Assembly: GCA_000165425.1 (NCBI GenBank)
Contig: CT868660.1
Span: 62,001 to 126,000, forward strand
Source: Paramecium tetraurelia
Lineage: Eukaryota
Length of the DNA: 64,000 bases
Reading direction: 5' to 3'
Shown: piece by piece, positions 30,639-45,081 of the stretch
How the letters are laid out: each line of letters starts with the position of its first letter
Position numbering within the stretch: position 1 is the stretch's first letter
Translations under genes and position numbers: made by a program
The notes under the pieces: model-generated
Seen by the model: the letters and a program-made list of their open reading frames with translations, nothing else
Told to the model about the DNA's origin: nothing
Database searches by the model: none

Positions 30639-31744
30639 ATGCAATCAGAAGATAAGCTAAAGAAGCAATCAAAGTTAGTTATAGATAATGTAAGTTCATA
30701 ATTGAATGTAGTCTGATGAGGAAGAGATCTGTAAAAAAGTGAAATTAGAAGATCCATCTTATTCTGAGGAAGAAGAGGAAGTTGTGGATGTGGAAGAGCT
30801 AGAGGAATCAGAGGAAGAGGAAAAAGGAAAGAAAAACAAAAAACAGGAGCCCATTGAGGTAATATTTGTAAATATAATAAATAGGATGTAGATTATATAT
30901 ATGTAGACAAATTGCCTAATTCTGAAGCAATGTTAAGAGATTTAAAAAAACAAGTAGAGCAAAGAATTAAATGTTACAAAATGAAATACATTCAAGAATA
31001 TCAGGAGAATCATACAAAATAGAGTTTCGTTCACAATGATGCAATTCCAATATGTACTGATGTTAGACTAATGGATTTTTAAGTAAATTTAATTCGTGAT
31101 AATTTAAGAAATTAAGAGATGAATAATTGAAAATAGCAGGGCAATTGTTCGATGTAATAATGATGGATCCACCTTGGCAATTGTCAAGTTCACAACCATC
31201 AAGAGGAGTTGCAATTGCTTATTCTTCATTGGCTGATGAAAATATTAGTAAAATGCCAATAGAAACATTGTAAGAGAACGGTATAATCTTAATATGGTAA
31301 AATTATTAATTAATTATTAAGGACTATTAACGCTAAATATAAGGTGACATGTAAGTTAATTGAATAATGGGGCTACAAATTAATTGATGAAATTATCTGG
31401 TGTAAGAAGACTGTTAATGGCAAAATTGCTAAAGGACACGGATTTTACTTATAACATGCCAAAGAGAACTGTTTAGTTGGTGTAAAGGTAGCAATTCACA
31501 GTATTTATTTAACATAGGGTAACATAAATTTGGATCCCAACAGATTTAGAAAAGGTGTTGCCAGTGACATTATCTTTAGTGAAAGGAGAGGTTAAAGTTA
31601 GAAGCCAGAAGAAATATATTAGTATGTTGAATAACTAGTTCCAAATGGTAAATACATCATTATATTTAAGGATATTATTTAGAGATATTTGGTAGAAGGA
31701 ATAATGTCAGAAAGAATTGGGTAACAATTGGAAATGAATTATGA
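30639..31744 (+). CDS. MTA1: MT-A70 family DNA N6-adenine methyltransferase, MTA1/AMT1 type
   Basis: FDVIMMDPPWQLSSSQPSRGVAIAY, W|TINAKY, WCKKTVNGKIAKGHGFYLQHAKENCLVGVKG, IFSERRGQSQKPEEIY, YLEIFGRRNN..WVTIGNEL*. These match my recollection of Tetrahymena/Oxytricha MTA1. Acidic N-terminus; six short introns. Confidence 0.92.
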
Positions 31745-31942
31745 CTTTGTTTCTATTTATCGTTTTCATATTATTTCTATAAATAATTTATGCATTCTTT
31801 ATAAATCTAAAGTAACTTATAAGATGGAAGAAATATGTGATATACTTATTAATAAGATTGTAAGTATTTAAATCTATTGTTAGGCATTATTTGATTATAC
31901 AATAAAAAAGTATTAAACTATAATTATTAAAAAATTAAATAA

Positions 31943-33077
31943 ATGACGAATAATGAGTAGAAAAGTGCTTTTTTTATAAATTCATTATTGGTTGGCATGA
32001 TTTTAGTGGGTACATTCAACACTTTAGTCTATAAGTATTAAAATACAACCATTATAGATGGGGTAACATTTATACACCCTTATATGCAAGTATTATTAAT
32101 ATCAATATATAGGCTTTATGTATGTTTGTAGGTGAAGCAACTTGTTTAGTTTTCTATTTCATATTTTAAATGAAAGCTGAAAAAGATCCAAATAAAGAAG
32201 ATGGAGGATTTAAAATATTGGCAATTCCAGCATTGTTTGATGGGATTACATCGTCTTTACAACACGTCGCCTTAAATTTCATTCCGTCATCTATTTATTA
32301 AATGTTGAGAGGAGGAGTATGAATATAACCATCTAGCTTATGATAGTAACAGCCGCATTTTCAAAATTCGTACTAAAGAAAAAATTGTCAAATCAGCAAC
32401 AATTTGGAATTCTATTGGCAATCTTAGGCATATTCATTGTGGGATTGTCAAACTTTTTATTTAGAAAGACAACAACTGATGATTTCAGTTGGGAAATAAA
32501 ATTGATATCAATAGCCTTAATTATAGTGTCCCTTTTTACTTAAGCAGCCCAATATATATTCGAAGAAAAACTATTTTAATAATATAATTATCATGTATTC
32601 TATGTTGTGGGTGTTGAAGGAATGTGGGGGTTATTATACTTTGGTATAGTTATGCCTATTCTCAATTTCATACCTTGTAATTTTAAAGAAGGATGTGTAT
32701 TTCGAAATGGTTAAGGATATTGGGAATGTACTGATGTATTCTTTCAACAATTAGGAGCAGACGTATGGTTGACAGTATCTGTCGTTATGGGTATCTTTAG
32801 TATTGCTCTTTTTAATATATTTGGTGTTAATGTTACTAAGTATGTTTCGGCTTTGACTCGTACAGTTGTTGACACTATTAGAACAATTTTAATTTGGGGT
32901 ATTGGATTGATAGTCACTGCTACAACTTCTAGAGTATGGGAAAACACATCAAAGTGGGCTAATTTGATGGAATTAGTTGGTTTTGCTTTATTAGTCTTTG
33001 GCAATTTGATTTATAAGGAGATGTTGAAAATCAAATTTCTCTAAAATAAAAAGCAAGTATTAATGGAGGAACAATGA
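31943..33077 (+). CDS. SLC35F6-like / EamA (DMT superfamily) transporter
   Basis: FIHPYMQ|ALCMFVGE, AIPALFD, SIYQMLRGG, QYIFEEK, VGVEGMWG, FNIFGVNVTKYVSALTRTVVDTIRTILIW; about 10 TM segments. Confidence 0.9.
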
Positions 33078-33127
33078 TTAACAATAAGAATTATTTAAAA
33101 TATACCCAATCTAATATATGATTGATT

Positions 33128-33968
33128 TCAAATTTGTCCTGCCTATCTAACGCTTGAAGTGCCAGTTCTTACAGTTGATCTAGTGACTGTTGTAGTTGCA
33201 GTGGCTGCCTAGTATATTTATTATTAATACTCTGGCTTTCTCCTTCTTTAAGGCTTCCAATTCAATTTCGACGTTCATTAACTTCTCTTAAGCTTCATTA
33301 TAATCATGATTCACTTCTTAAAACTTCCTTTTCCACACTTCAACTTCACTATTATTCTATGTCACTCTTTCTGTTATCAAAGTACTCTCTTATGCTTGCT
33401 ATAATTCGATTTGTAAATGCTCATTTTCCTCTTCAAGTTCCTTGATCTTACAATATCTTATTATTTCATACTCTTGCGTAATCTATTTCCTTTATTACTT
33501 TGATTTCTTTTTTTTTCTCCAATTCTTTTATTACTGATTGTAGATATAGACATTCTTCTCTCCACGGCTGCTCAATTTCTTCTCTTGATACTATCACAAC
33601 AGAAACAACCATCTATTATTTTGTACAGCATTAAAATTCACTATCAACCTATGTTTAACTTATTCCACTTCCAGCATTATTTATTTGGAAGCTCTATCCA
33701 GGATTTATCACAGAACACGATCGGTAATTTGTATTAAGTACTCTGCTTGCATATGAATTATATTTCTCCTTTTTGTGCCAAAATTAATAAGCCTCTGGTC
33801 TTTCAATCTTCTTAACAGCATAGTCTTCCTTTAACAATGTAGGTTCAGTTGTATATGATGTATACTATTCATAATGTTCAATAATACTTGTTTTATGGTC
33901 TCTGGTTGCTAAGTATTTATTTATCTCTCGATAAAAGATTCCTATTTTGTCGAAATAAATGTACTCAT
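33128..33968 (-). CDS. Hypothetical coiled-coil protein
   Basis: C-terminal half IVSREEIEQPWREECLYLQSVIKELEK..VEVWKRKFQEVNHDYNEAQEKLM..ATATTTVTRSTVRTG. N-terminal structure uncertain. Confidence 0.5.
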
Positions 33969-34639
33969 ATCTTCAAAAAAAAAATTATTTCTCAATTAAT
34001 TCACAATATAATTTATATCATCATACTCAATAATTTATATTAATGGCAGAATAAATTTTTAATATTTTCAATATGGTTTTAGGTTTAACACTTATGTCTT
34101 CAACCTAAATTGTACTTTGCTGGAAAATATTGGTTTTACATAAAAATCTGTTTCTAAAAATATCTTCTTAAACTTAATCTTCTCCCCCCATAGTAAAAAT
34201 ATGTCTCATTACAATATCTTAAGTTGCAATTGTATAAATTAAATCTAAAAATCAAAAAAGCGATGTGTTTTTTGTAATTCAAAAAAAAATGATTCTTTTA
34301 AATAATATAATTTAGAAGAATGCACTCTTAATTCAACCAAATTTGAAAATGATGTTGACCTTTCATAATAAACTAATGAAACATTCTATCTATTTAAGAT
34401 AAATAATGATACTTAGTAAAATGTCGCTATTTAGAACAAAAGTAAAATTATAAAAATTTCACTTAAATATTAGAAAGGAAAAATATTATGAATTTATTAG
34501 TGAACAAGAAATACATAAATTTTTAGATTATAAAGTGTTGTTTATAAGAAAACAATTTATAAAAAAGAATAAATCTATTTGAAAGAATGAATTAAAAGTA
34601 GACATTAAATTGAAATAATTTAATAAAATATCATCCTTT

Positions 34640-35245
34640 TAAAAACATTCAATACTTTATTTGATTATTGGAAATTAGAATTAAACGTTTATATAATATA
34701 AAGAGAATATAATTCTTTTCAGGAAATATACAAAAATTATTCGAATATTGGAAAGTATTATAACAATTATTTAAATTTTTGTAGATTATTGGAAATGTTA
34801 ATTTGAGAAAATAAAAATTATTGATAAAATTTCAAATAATTTAATTCAAATATTAATCGAAGAAAATATTTCAACTTGATATCATTATTGGAAAATCCTG
34901 AGAATAATTTAAATATTATATGAACTTATATTCTTCAATGAGTGTATCCTTACTTAATTTGATTATTCATAATTATTCATAATAATTAAATTCCTGATAC
35001 TTAATTTACATTTATTCAATAAAAGTATCACTTCTTATTTGATTATTGAAAATTATTCATAATAATTTAGTTTTTATACTGAAAATACATTTATAGCACA
35101 TTTAGTAAATATATAATTCATAAATGTAGAATATAATGTAACTATTCAAATTATTCATAACTATCCTAATATTATTCATAAATATATTTACATTATTAAA
35201 TAAATCATTATCTAATTATTCAAATTATTCATAATTATTTGAAGT
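34640..35245. repeat. Degenerate AT-rich tandem/dispersed repeat region
   Basis: TATTGGAAA at ~34666, 34746, 34787, 34886. ATTATTCATA at 34962, 34972, 35052, 35150, 35171, 35224. Two related ~81-bp units start at 34944 and 35025. Confidence 0.6.
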
Positions 35246-35549
35246 ATTTTATTTTGAAAAAATTAAATAATTTAATCATTCCTCTACAATTTGTTTGCCT
35301 TATTAATGATAAATTACGTTACTTTTAAATTTATTGGAGGTAAATTTTCAACATATAAATGATATAATTATTGAATTTAGTTTTTTGTATTTTAATATGA
35401 ATGAATCATAAAAGAATGAATTTTCATAATTCAAATATTGTGTAACTTATTATAAATATTATTTATTAGTTGTTCAATTTACGGAATGATATAATTCGAC
35501 AGATCTATTTTAATCATTTGGAATTATTTGGATGTATATCTTAATTAGG

Positions 35550-37673
35550 AATGAGTCGATATCAGCTAAGGATGATTCATAACAATTTTCAATATATTCA
35601 ATTATATTAAGAATTTACATTTATTTGTAAGGGCTTCTGATTTAAATAATTAAACTGATTCTCCACTAATCATAATTAAAGATATAAAAATGGATACTCT
35701 ATTATTTAAAGAATATTTTAATTAAGTATGCCCCTAAACAATATTCAAAGTAGGTCCTTGTAAGGAATCAGATTTGATTGCATAACTTTAAAGTTTTTAA
35801 TGCAGGAACCCTTGTTTACAATTCAAAAAGTAATTTTTTAATTCTATTGGCATTGTCAATAGTGTCTATTTTTTAGCGAATACAGGTTCATCGACATAAA
35901 TAAATTTATCTTTCATTATAATGAAAACTATTATAAAATATAGATTTTTCACTTAATGATCCAATAATTGTATGATTGCTTTCCAAATCTGATTATTTTA
36001 AAAAGAACTGTTTAATAATGCTGTTTATTTGTAAATTCCTTAAACATATACAATATTTATAGTTTTGAAAAATAATCAAATTATTTAGAACTTTCTAGAA
36101 TTTGTTCTTAGAATTCCATTAGACCCAATGATGATGAAATATGGGTTAAACATTCCAATCCAAGACATCTCACTAAGAATATTGATTTAAAAATAAATTC
36201 TGAAGTTGATGATTAAATTGTTTTTAAAAATATCTCTTGCATTTGTTTCATAAAGTAGTGAATGATTTTAAAAATATTTCATTATCCAATAAACTAGTTC
36301 GTATTACAATGATTAGAATTTTTCTAATTAATCTTGAGTAATTTTCTATTTACTTATCTTAAAATCTAGGTTCTAAGTATATATTTCTAAAATTAAAATT
36401 AGGTGCTTAATTAGCCACTCATTTAGTAATTGATAAGTTCTCATTGTGGTTAGTAATGTATTTTAAAAAGAATTTAAAAATGGTCTTGTTGAATGCTCTG
36501 CTCCTTTAAGTTGTTTGGCCCTTTATGGTGAAACCTCCTTTAACTACAGAAACCCTTTATTATACTATTGCATGTTTTACTAAGGAATAATCTTCATCTT
36601 CTTAAAACTTTAGTAGAAGGTAAACAATTTAAGTAATTAATAATTAAGAGAACAGTAATTTAAAAAGGAGTTTTGGAGTAGATCAATAAGTTATAGAGTA
36701 AGAGTAAATGTTGTTATAATCAAAAGATCCTTCTAAAATGTATAGATTGTAAAAAGTATATGGGAATGGATGTGTTGCTCTTCAAAATGTACCTCCTTAA
36801 TTAATAAAAGTGGTGGATATGTGAAAATAAAAAATTAGGTAGTCCATAGAGGAAATTATGAAATATTTTAAGAGGTCTATGTCCATAATTTGATTGCATC
36901 TGAGAAAATGTAACACCTAAAGAACTTTTAAGTCGAGAAGATTTATGTGAGTCAGTTATCGGTTTATGTTATATTCGAATGTTAAATATAAATATAAAAC
37001 AGAATTATAACAAAAACAAGAATATATTCGATTAATACCTACTTTTTGTAAACAATGCAATTAGAGAAGTATAATAACAGATAAAGTGATCGATTATCAG
37101 GTGGAAACAAAAGGACATTATGTGTTAGTAATGTATTAATTCGAGGACCATGTTTTTAATTCATTGATGAGCCGAGTACAGATGTTGATCCAATTGCGAA
37201 AAGATTTTTATGGAGAACTTTGAAGTTGGGAGTATAGTTGAGACAAAAGGGAGTTTAATATTAACTACTCATACTACGGATGAGGCTGAGAATCTGCGCG
37301 ATAAGATTGCAATTTTAGTGAAGGGATAAATTTATTGTTTGGGCAGTCCATAAGAATTGAGAATTAAATATGGGGATGGCTATGATATGAAATTAAGAGA
37401 ATATAAGAATAGACAAGAGATAACACAATTTCTTAAGTAACAATTTAAAAATATCACCCAAATCGGAGAGAAGGATCAAGAAAATTTATAATTCCATATA
37501 AACTATCGTAAGTTCTAATTATTAGATACCTGGTAAGTCTTTCGATTTTACAATGCCTATTTCTCACTGGCTGAACTTGTCTAAAGAAATTTGATCCATA
37601 ATTTCTCAATCAATCAATCCTCTTTAGAATCTGTATTTCTGTAATTTTAAAAACAAATTGATTAATATAATTG
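35550..37673 (+). pseudogene. ABCA-subfamily transporter pseudogene (C-terminal half remnant)
   Basis: RLQKVYGNG..ALQNV is not followed by a Walker A. CPQFDCI*ENVT has an in-frame TGA at 36901. LSGGNKR, FIDEPSTDVDPIAKRFLW, then a frameshift near 37248, then LILTTHTTDEAE..KIAILVKG..CLGSPQELRIKYG. 5' boundary approximate. Confidence 0.85.
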
Positions 37674-37746
37674 ATAATTATTATGAAATATTTTTATAAT
37701 ATATTAAAACCTGTAGCTTTAAAGAGAAAAATTACCAGAAATAATA

Positions 37747-39981
<2,235 letters not shown>

Positions 39982-40056
39982 CAATGTTAATATATTAAAT
40001 AATATAAAATTAACATTAACTTTCAAATTATTTAATTATTTTAATAATATTAAAAG

Positions 40057-41236
40057 ATGAGTTGGAAAGTAAATGTGTTTACATAACCAAGATGAAAGAA
40101 TCCGTTCCCAGAGTGAAATTAACACATTTATCAAAAACCAATATTATTGATGTATGGGCTCACAATTTCATGGCTGAGATCACAGAAATAGCTTCACTTA
40201 TTGAAGAATTTAATGTTATATCATTAGTACAGATTTCTATGATTTTAGGATACCGAATTTCCAGGAACTGAGTATAATCAACCAGAAAATGACGATAAGG
40301 TGAGTTGAATGTCAAATAATAGGATTATGAATATTAATAATTAGTAAGAAATGTTTAAAAATACAAACTTATATAACTTGGTATAAGCTTAGCAAATGAA
40401 GCTGGCGAAGTACCTTTGGTTAAGAACACTTGGCAATTTCATTTTAAATTTAATGCATAGTATCTGAATAAATAATATTAGATATGATCAATTGATGAAT
40501 CCTGTTAAGGTTATGCTAGAATAGGCAGGAATCAGATTTGATGACTTAGCATCGAAAGGAATAGATTACTCCTTATTTTGTGAAGTAGTTACTGGAAGTG
40601 GTATAATTAAAACTTACATAAATAAGGACTAATCTTAAATGATGACACTAAGTATGTAGTATTTCATGGAGAATTTGACTTCGGTTACTTATTACATTTG
40701 TTTCATCATTCTGGAATTCCAGATACACAAGAAGAATTTTATAAAATGATGAAGCTTTACTTTCCATAAATTTATGATTTGAAATACATTTTAAAAGACA
40801 ATCAAAAATACAAGGATGCAGGATTAAGTAGATTAGCTAGCAAAGTTGAAGTGACTCGTATAGGTCCTGAACATTAAGCAGGATCAGATGCTTTACTTAC
40901 CTTACAATGCTATTATCAATTGAAGTTTTGTTACCCAGACTTATTAGGTGATTTTGACAAAAATATGAACATAATCTATGGCATTGGTAAAGGATATGTT
41001 CCGAATAAGTATTCAAATCCTTAATGTTTAGTCGTCGAAAAACTTATGCACCAAGTTCATAGACTCCAGATCCAGGATTATAAGTGAACTAGATGGATTA
41101 ATATTACTATGGTCAAAATTTCTAATACGATGAACTTCAAAATTCTTATTATCTATATGGATAACAATTCATAAATTACAATTATTTTTAATATCAAATG
41201 CACGAATCTGATTAGCAGAAGAGGAAAGGTTATTGA
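40057..41236 (+). CDS. CAF1: CAF1/POP2 deadenylase (CCR4-NOT, DEDD nuclease)
   Basis: IIDVWAHN, ISL|DTEFPG, LIQLGISL, TWQFHF, FHGEFDFGYL, IYDLKY, RIGPEHQAGSDALLT, IYGIG. Y/Q/N-rich tail. Confidence 0.93.
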
Positions 41237-41381
41237 ATATTAAATAATTATGAATTTATGTTATCAACTGATTTGCCATATAGATTTTATATTCTCAAAA
41301 TGAACCATCTTCATAAAAATATTCTAATACTTATTTGGCTAGCTATTTAATTATTTATTAAAAATTAAATTTTAGAATTGA

Positions 41382-43257
41382 ATGGAATAAGATTCAAAAT
41401 TGAGTTAGTTCATTTCTCCGAGATAGAATGCTTAACTAATTTTAGACCAGGACGAAACACAAAAAGTGAATGAATCGAAATAAAATGTGAATTTTAAGAG
41501 TGGAATACAGAAATTCAGAACTGAAGACTTTTCTTTAAGAAGAAAACTGCAAAACTAAAGTCTTTTTGGAAAACTGAAAGTATTATGTAAAGGGATGCAA
41601 TAATATATTTACATATTATTAGAAGATCCGAACTCTTCTTTAATAGCTTATTGTTTACAATTCCTGCTACTAACTAGTATATTGTTGTCTTGCGTAGCAA
41701 TTATAGTTGATTCATTAATGGAAAACAGTATGATATTTAATAATAATTTAGAAAGTAATCCTCAATATGATGACATTTCATTTTATTTAGAATATTATCT
41801 GTTCATTTTCTTTGGTTTAGAATACTTATTGAGGATGTTTAGTTCAACTGCGTTTGATTCTAAATTAGTCAAATTTATTTTTTCTCCCTTGAATTTAATA
41901 GATTTACTTGCAATAATGCCTTTTTTATTTAATCTCATTTTTGAAGGGGCTAGTTTGTCTGGATTAAGAATAATTAGAATTGTAAGATTCATGAGAGTGT
42001 TTCGGTTATTTAAACTTTCAAGATTCATGAAAGACATGCTTATGATTGTAAATATATGAATCACTTAAAAAGGCAGATACAGTAAAGCATTCAGCCAAAG
42101 ACATAATAATTTTGATTACAATGTTCTTTTTTTTGGTTTTATTTTTCTCAATTGTGATGTACTATTTAGAATACGATTATAACAATATAGTGGAAGATGA
42201 ATAAGAAATCCATTCTATATCTGAAGCTATTTGGTGGTGTATTGCAACCATGACTACAGTTGGATACGGGGATAAATTACCTTTGAGTGTCCCTGGAAAG
42301 TTTATTGCATGCATAGCGGCCTTTCTTGGAATTACATCTATCTCATTGTATATGATATAAATAAAAATAGGCCTGTTGCAGTTATGGGAATGAATTTAAC
42401 TTAAACATTGAAAGAACATGAAGAAAATATAGAAATTCAAAAATTAAAGGATCAATTTGTAATGGAAAGTGATACAGAATATCTCAATAACAAAAGAGAA
42501 CAAACTCAATTGAATATTAAGGAATTGAAATTTATGGAAAGAAGATTAGAATAATTATTGGAAAATAATTAGAAAGTCATGGAATATGTAGAATAATCTT
42601 AATTATTATTTGATGAAGTGACTTAAGATCTAATGAGTTTATATTCAGCCTTGACTGAATAGTTAGATCTCCATATAGAAACAAAAATGAAGAATTTGAA
42701 AGCTAGGCATCGCGTATTATTGGTTTCTATTCATTTAGATAATGAAAATGGAAAAGAATCTAAATCAAAAGAAATCCATAGAGTTGAGTTAGATTGTCTC
42801 TGCTTTTAAGGAAAAATAGAAGTTAATTTCCTAAGGCTCCATTCTAATGTGCGAGGAAAGTTAAGCTGATGTATTTAGTATAGCAAGCAGACAAAGCAAA
42901 CAATACACTGCTAGAAAGAGTTAAAAATTAAGAAGCAAAAATAATAGAGGCTCCTATATGTGTGTAATTAATAATAGCAATCATAATCCTTTCAAAACTC
43001 AAACAGATTACAATGACGCAGATCCTCACCAAAATAGTATTATCTATGCTTAAGTCAGTTCAAGAAATTCTGCCTTTAATTAAGATATGTTCTAAAATAT
43101 AGGTGGTAATGCTGAATTCAAATTCAATTTGGAGGAATCAAGTGGGAATATTGAGGAAGATGATGAAAATGGAGTCGATCTAAGCAGTAAAATGCAAAGT
43201 ATCTCAAACATTTAAGATTTTAAATTGAAAAATAGTATTAAATAAAATAATATATGA
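41382..43257 (+). CDS. Voltage-gated K+ channel (6TM Kv type)
   Basis: LLEDPNSS, FGLEYLLR, PLNLIDLLAIMPF, S4 LRIIRIVRFMRVFRLFKLSR, pore IWWCIATMTTVGYGDK, S6 ISL|PVAV, then a C-terminal coiled coil. Confidence 0.93.
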
Positions 43258-43264
43258 ATTGTTA

Positions 43265-44140
43265 TGATTAATAATTTTAAGAGTTCCAATCAAATAGCAA
43301 AATTGATGAGCTACATTCCTAATTTAATGATGTAAAGTACATAAAAAAAAGTAATGAGTTCATATAAGACTCTTATGAAAACAATGAAAACAATAAAAAC
43401 GATGAAAATAATGATAACAATGATAAAAAGGAACAACATTATATTTATATATTGAAGAATTATTATTTTGCAACTAAAGGTAGTTTTATAATAAAAGTGG
43501 CCTATTCTTGTAACGTATTTGAATTTATTAATGGATTAAGATGGAATTAAATTAATGGCTTTTTTGGGATAGATGATAATATGTTTTTGAAAATTAAAAC
43601 TTATGGCCTCGAACATACTAAATGTTAAATCAATGATACAATGGAATGGTTGTTCGACAAGATCCTTCGTGTGGTTTGGATTGATACATCAATTGAAAAA
43701 TTACAGGCTTCTAGATTATTATATAATAAGATTATTAAAATCAAATGTTAAAACACAATCACAGATAAATAAATTTGTGATTTGTATTCAAATCTTTTAA
43801 AAAAAATCAAAGAATTAAGTAGATTATTCATAATTATTTAGAAAATATATAGACCTTTAAATAAAAGGTTCATATTATGAAAATAGATTTCATATTATTT
43901 AAGCTTCGCGAAAATTAACATTTTCCTGATTTCAAGAAAAATTGCAATGTGTACTTAATTTGTTTATAAATAGATGCAAGGTTTGTTAATAACATAAATC
44001 AAAGTACTTTTGTGGAGGATGTTATTATTTTACTGGCAAAAGATGGAGTTTATGTTTAGATGGCTGTTTTAGACAATTTCATTAGGATCCTACAAAATAT
44101 TTAAATAGAAAGAGAAAGAATTAGATTATTTGATCCTTAT
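43265..44140 (+). other. Possible hypothetical or decayed coding region
   Basis: Coding-like stretches (YENNENNKNDENNDNNDK; TMEWLFDKILRVVWID) but no single consistent frame established. Confidence 0.25.
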
Positions 44141-44147
44141 TCAAACT

Positions 44148-44885
44148 TCATTATTAAAACTAAGATGCAAATTTATTTATCAAATTTAATTGTTAATCTA
44201 ATTACATAGGAGCACATCGTTTTAATAAATTAATTATTAAAACAGCATCAAGACCTTTAACCCACATCCTACCATTTTTACCCACACAGATTTCGAAACT
44301 AGAGTGTTGGCTTATCACTTTAAATAATTCTGGTTTTGTTTAGGAACTTAATAGACTTTACACAAAATTCAAAGGCAAATCTACAATCACTCCACCGATT
44401 AATTCTCTAAATAGATTTTCTCCAGTTGTCTTGATGTTAAGATAAATTATTACCCACTCGTTTTGCTTTAAGGATTTATGCATGACAATTTACCTTTTAA
44501 GTAGTGATTCAATTCAGTGACTCTAGCATATAACAATTATCCCACTTAAATGTTTGATTTATTCTTTTTTGTAGCTCCTTCAAAACCCATTTAATTCAAT
44601 TTATATACTAAACCATTACCAAGTTCGCAGAAATAGTATTCACTATTTTTCCAGTGACTTAGGCAATTAAATAGTCATCAATTTAGGAGTATAGTAAATT
44701 GGACTATGAAAAATTGCAATTTTTTATTAATCTATCAAAATCCAACCGGTGTGTTTTGATTCTATTTCAAGTGATTTAGTAATATTGACATCCTATTTAT
44801 TAATTTTAATGGTATTGCCAGTAACTACGCTTTTGAGTATAATTTTTTCTCTAGGCAAAGTTATATATACAAGAGCACTTTACAT
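44148..44885 (-). pseudogene. RRP40: Exosome subunit RRP40 (EXOSC3) pseudogene
   Basis: Reconstructs to YTP.IDDYLIAQVTGK.SEYY, GFEGATKKNKSNIQVGQLLYARV, LSCINP, FEICVGKNGRMWVK. This needs about three 1-nt frame corrections; the ATG frame stops at 44640-44642. Confidence 0.85.
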
Positions 44886-45081
44886 TAAAATTAATTAATT
44901 TATGCTTTAGTATTTAAAATTATAGTTGGCAAGGTTATAAAATTATCAAACAAGAATAATTTCTCTTTAAAAGTGGAGGATTTATAAGAGAATTTAAAAG
45001 AAAGTGATAAGTGGAATGTAAATATGAAGTATATAGATTATAAAATATTAACAAAAATTATGAATAGGGTTGATTCAAATA

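Noticed and set aside
34640..35245. CRISPR-like array interpretation of the repeats
   Set aside because: Eukaryotic context; the repeats are short, degenerate and irregularly spaced, and there are no cas genes.
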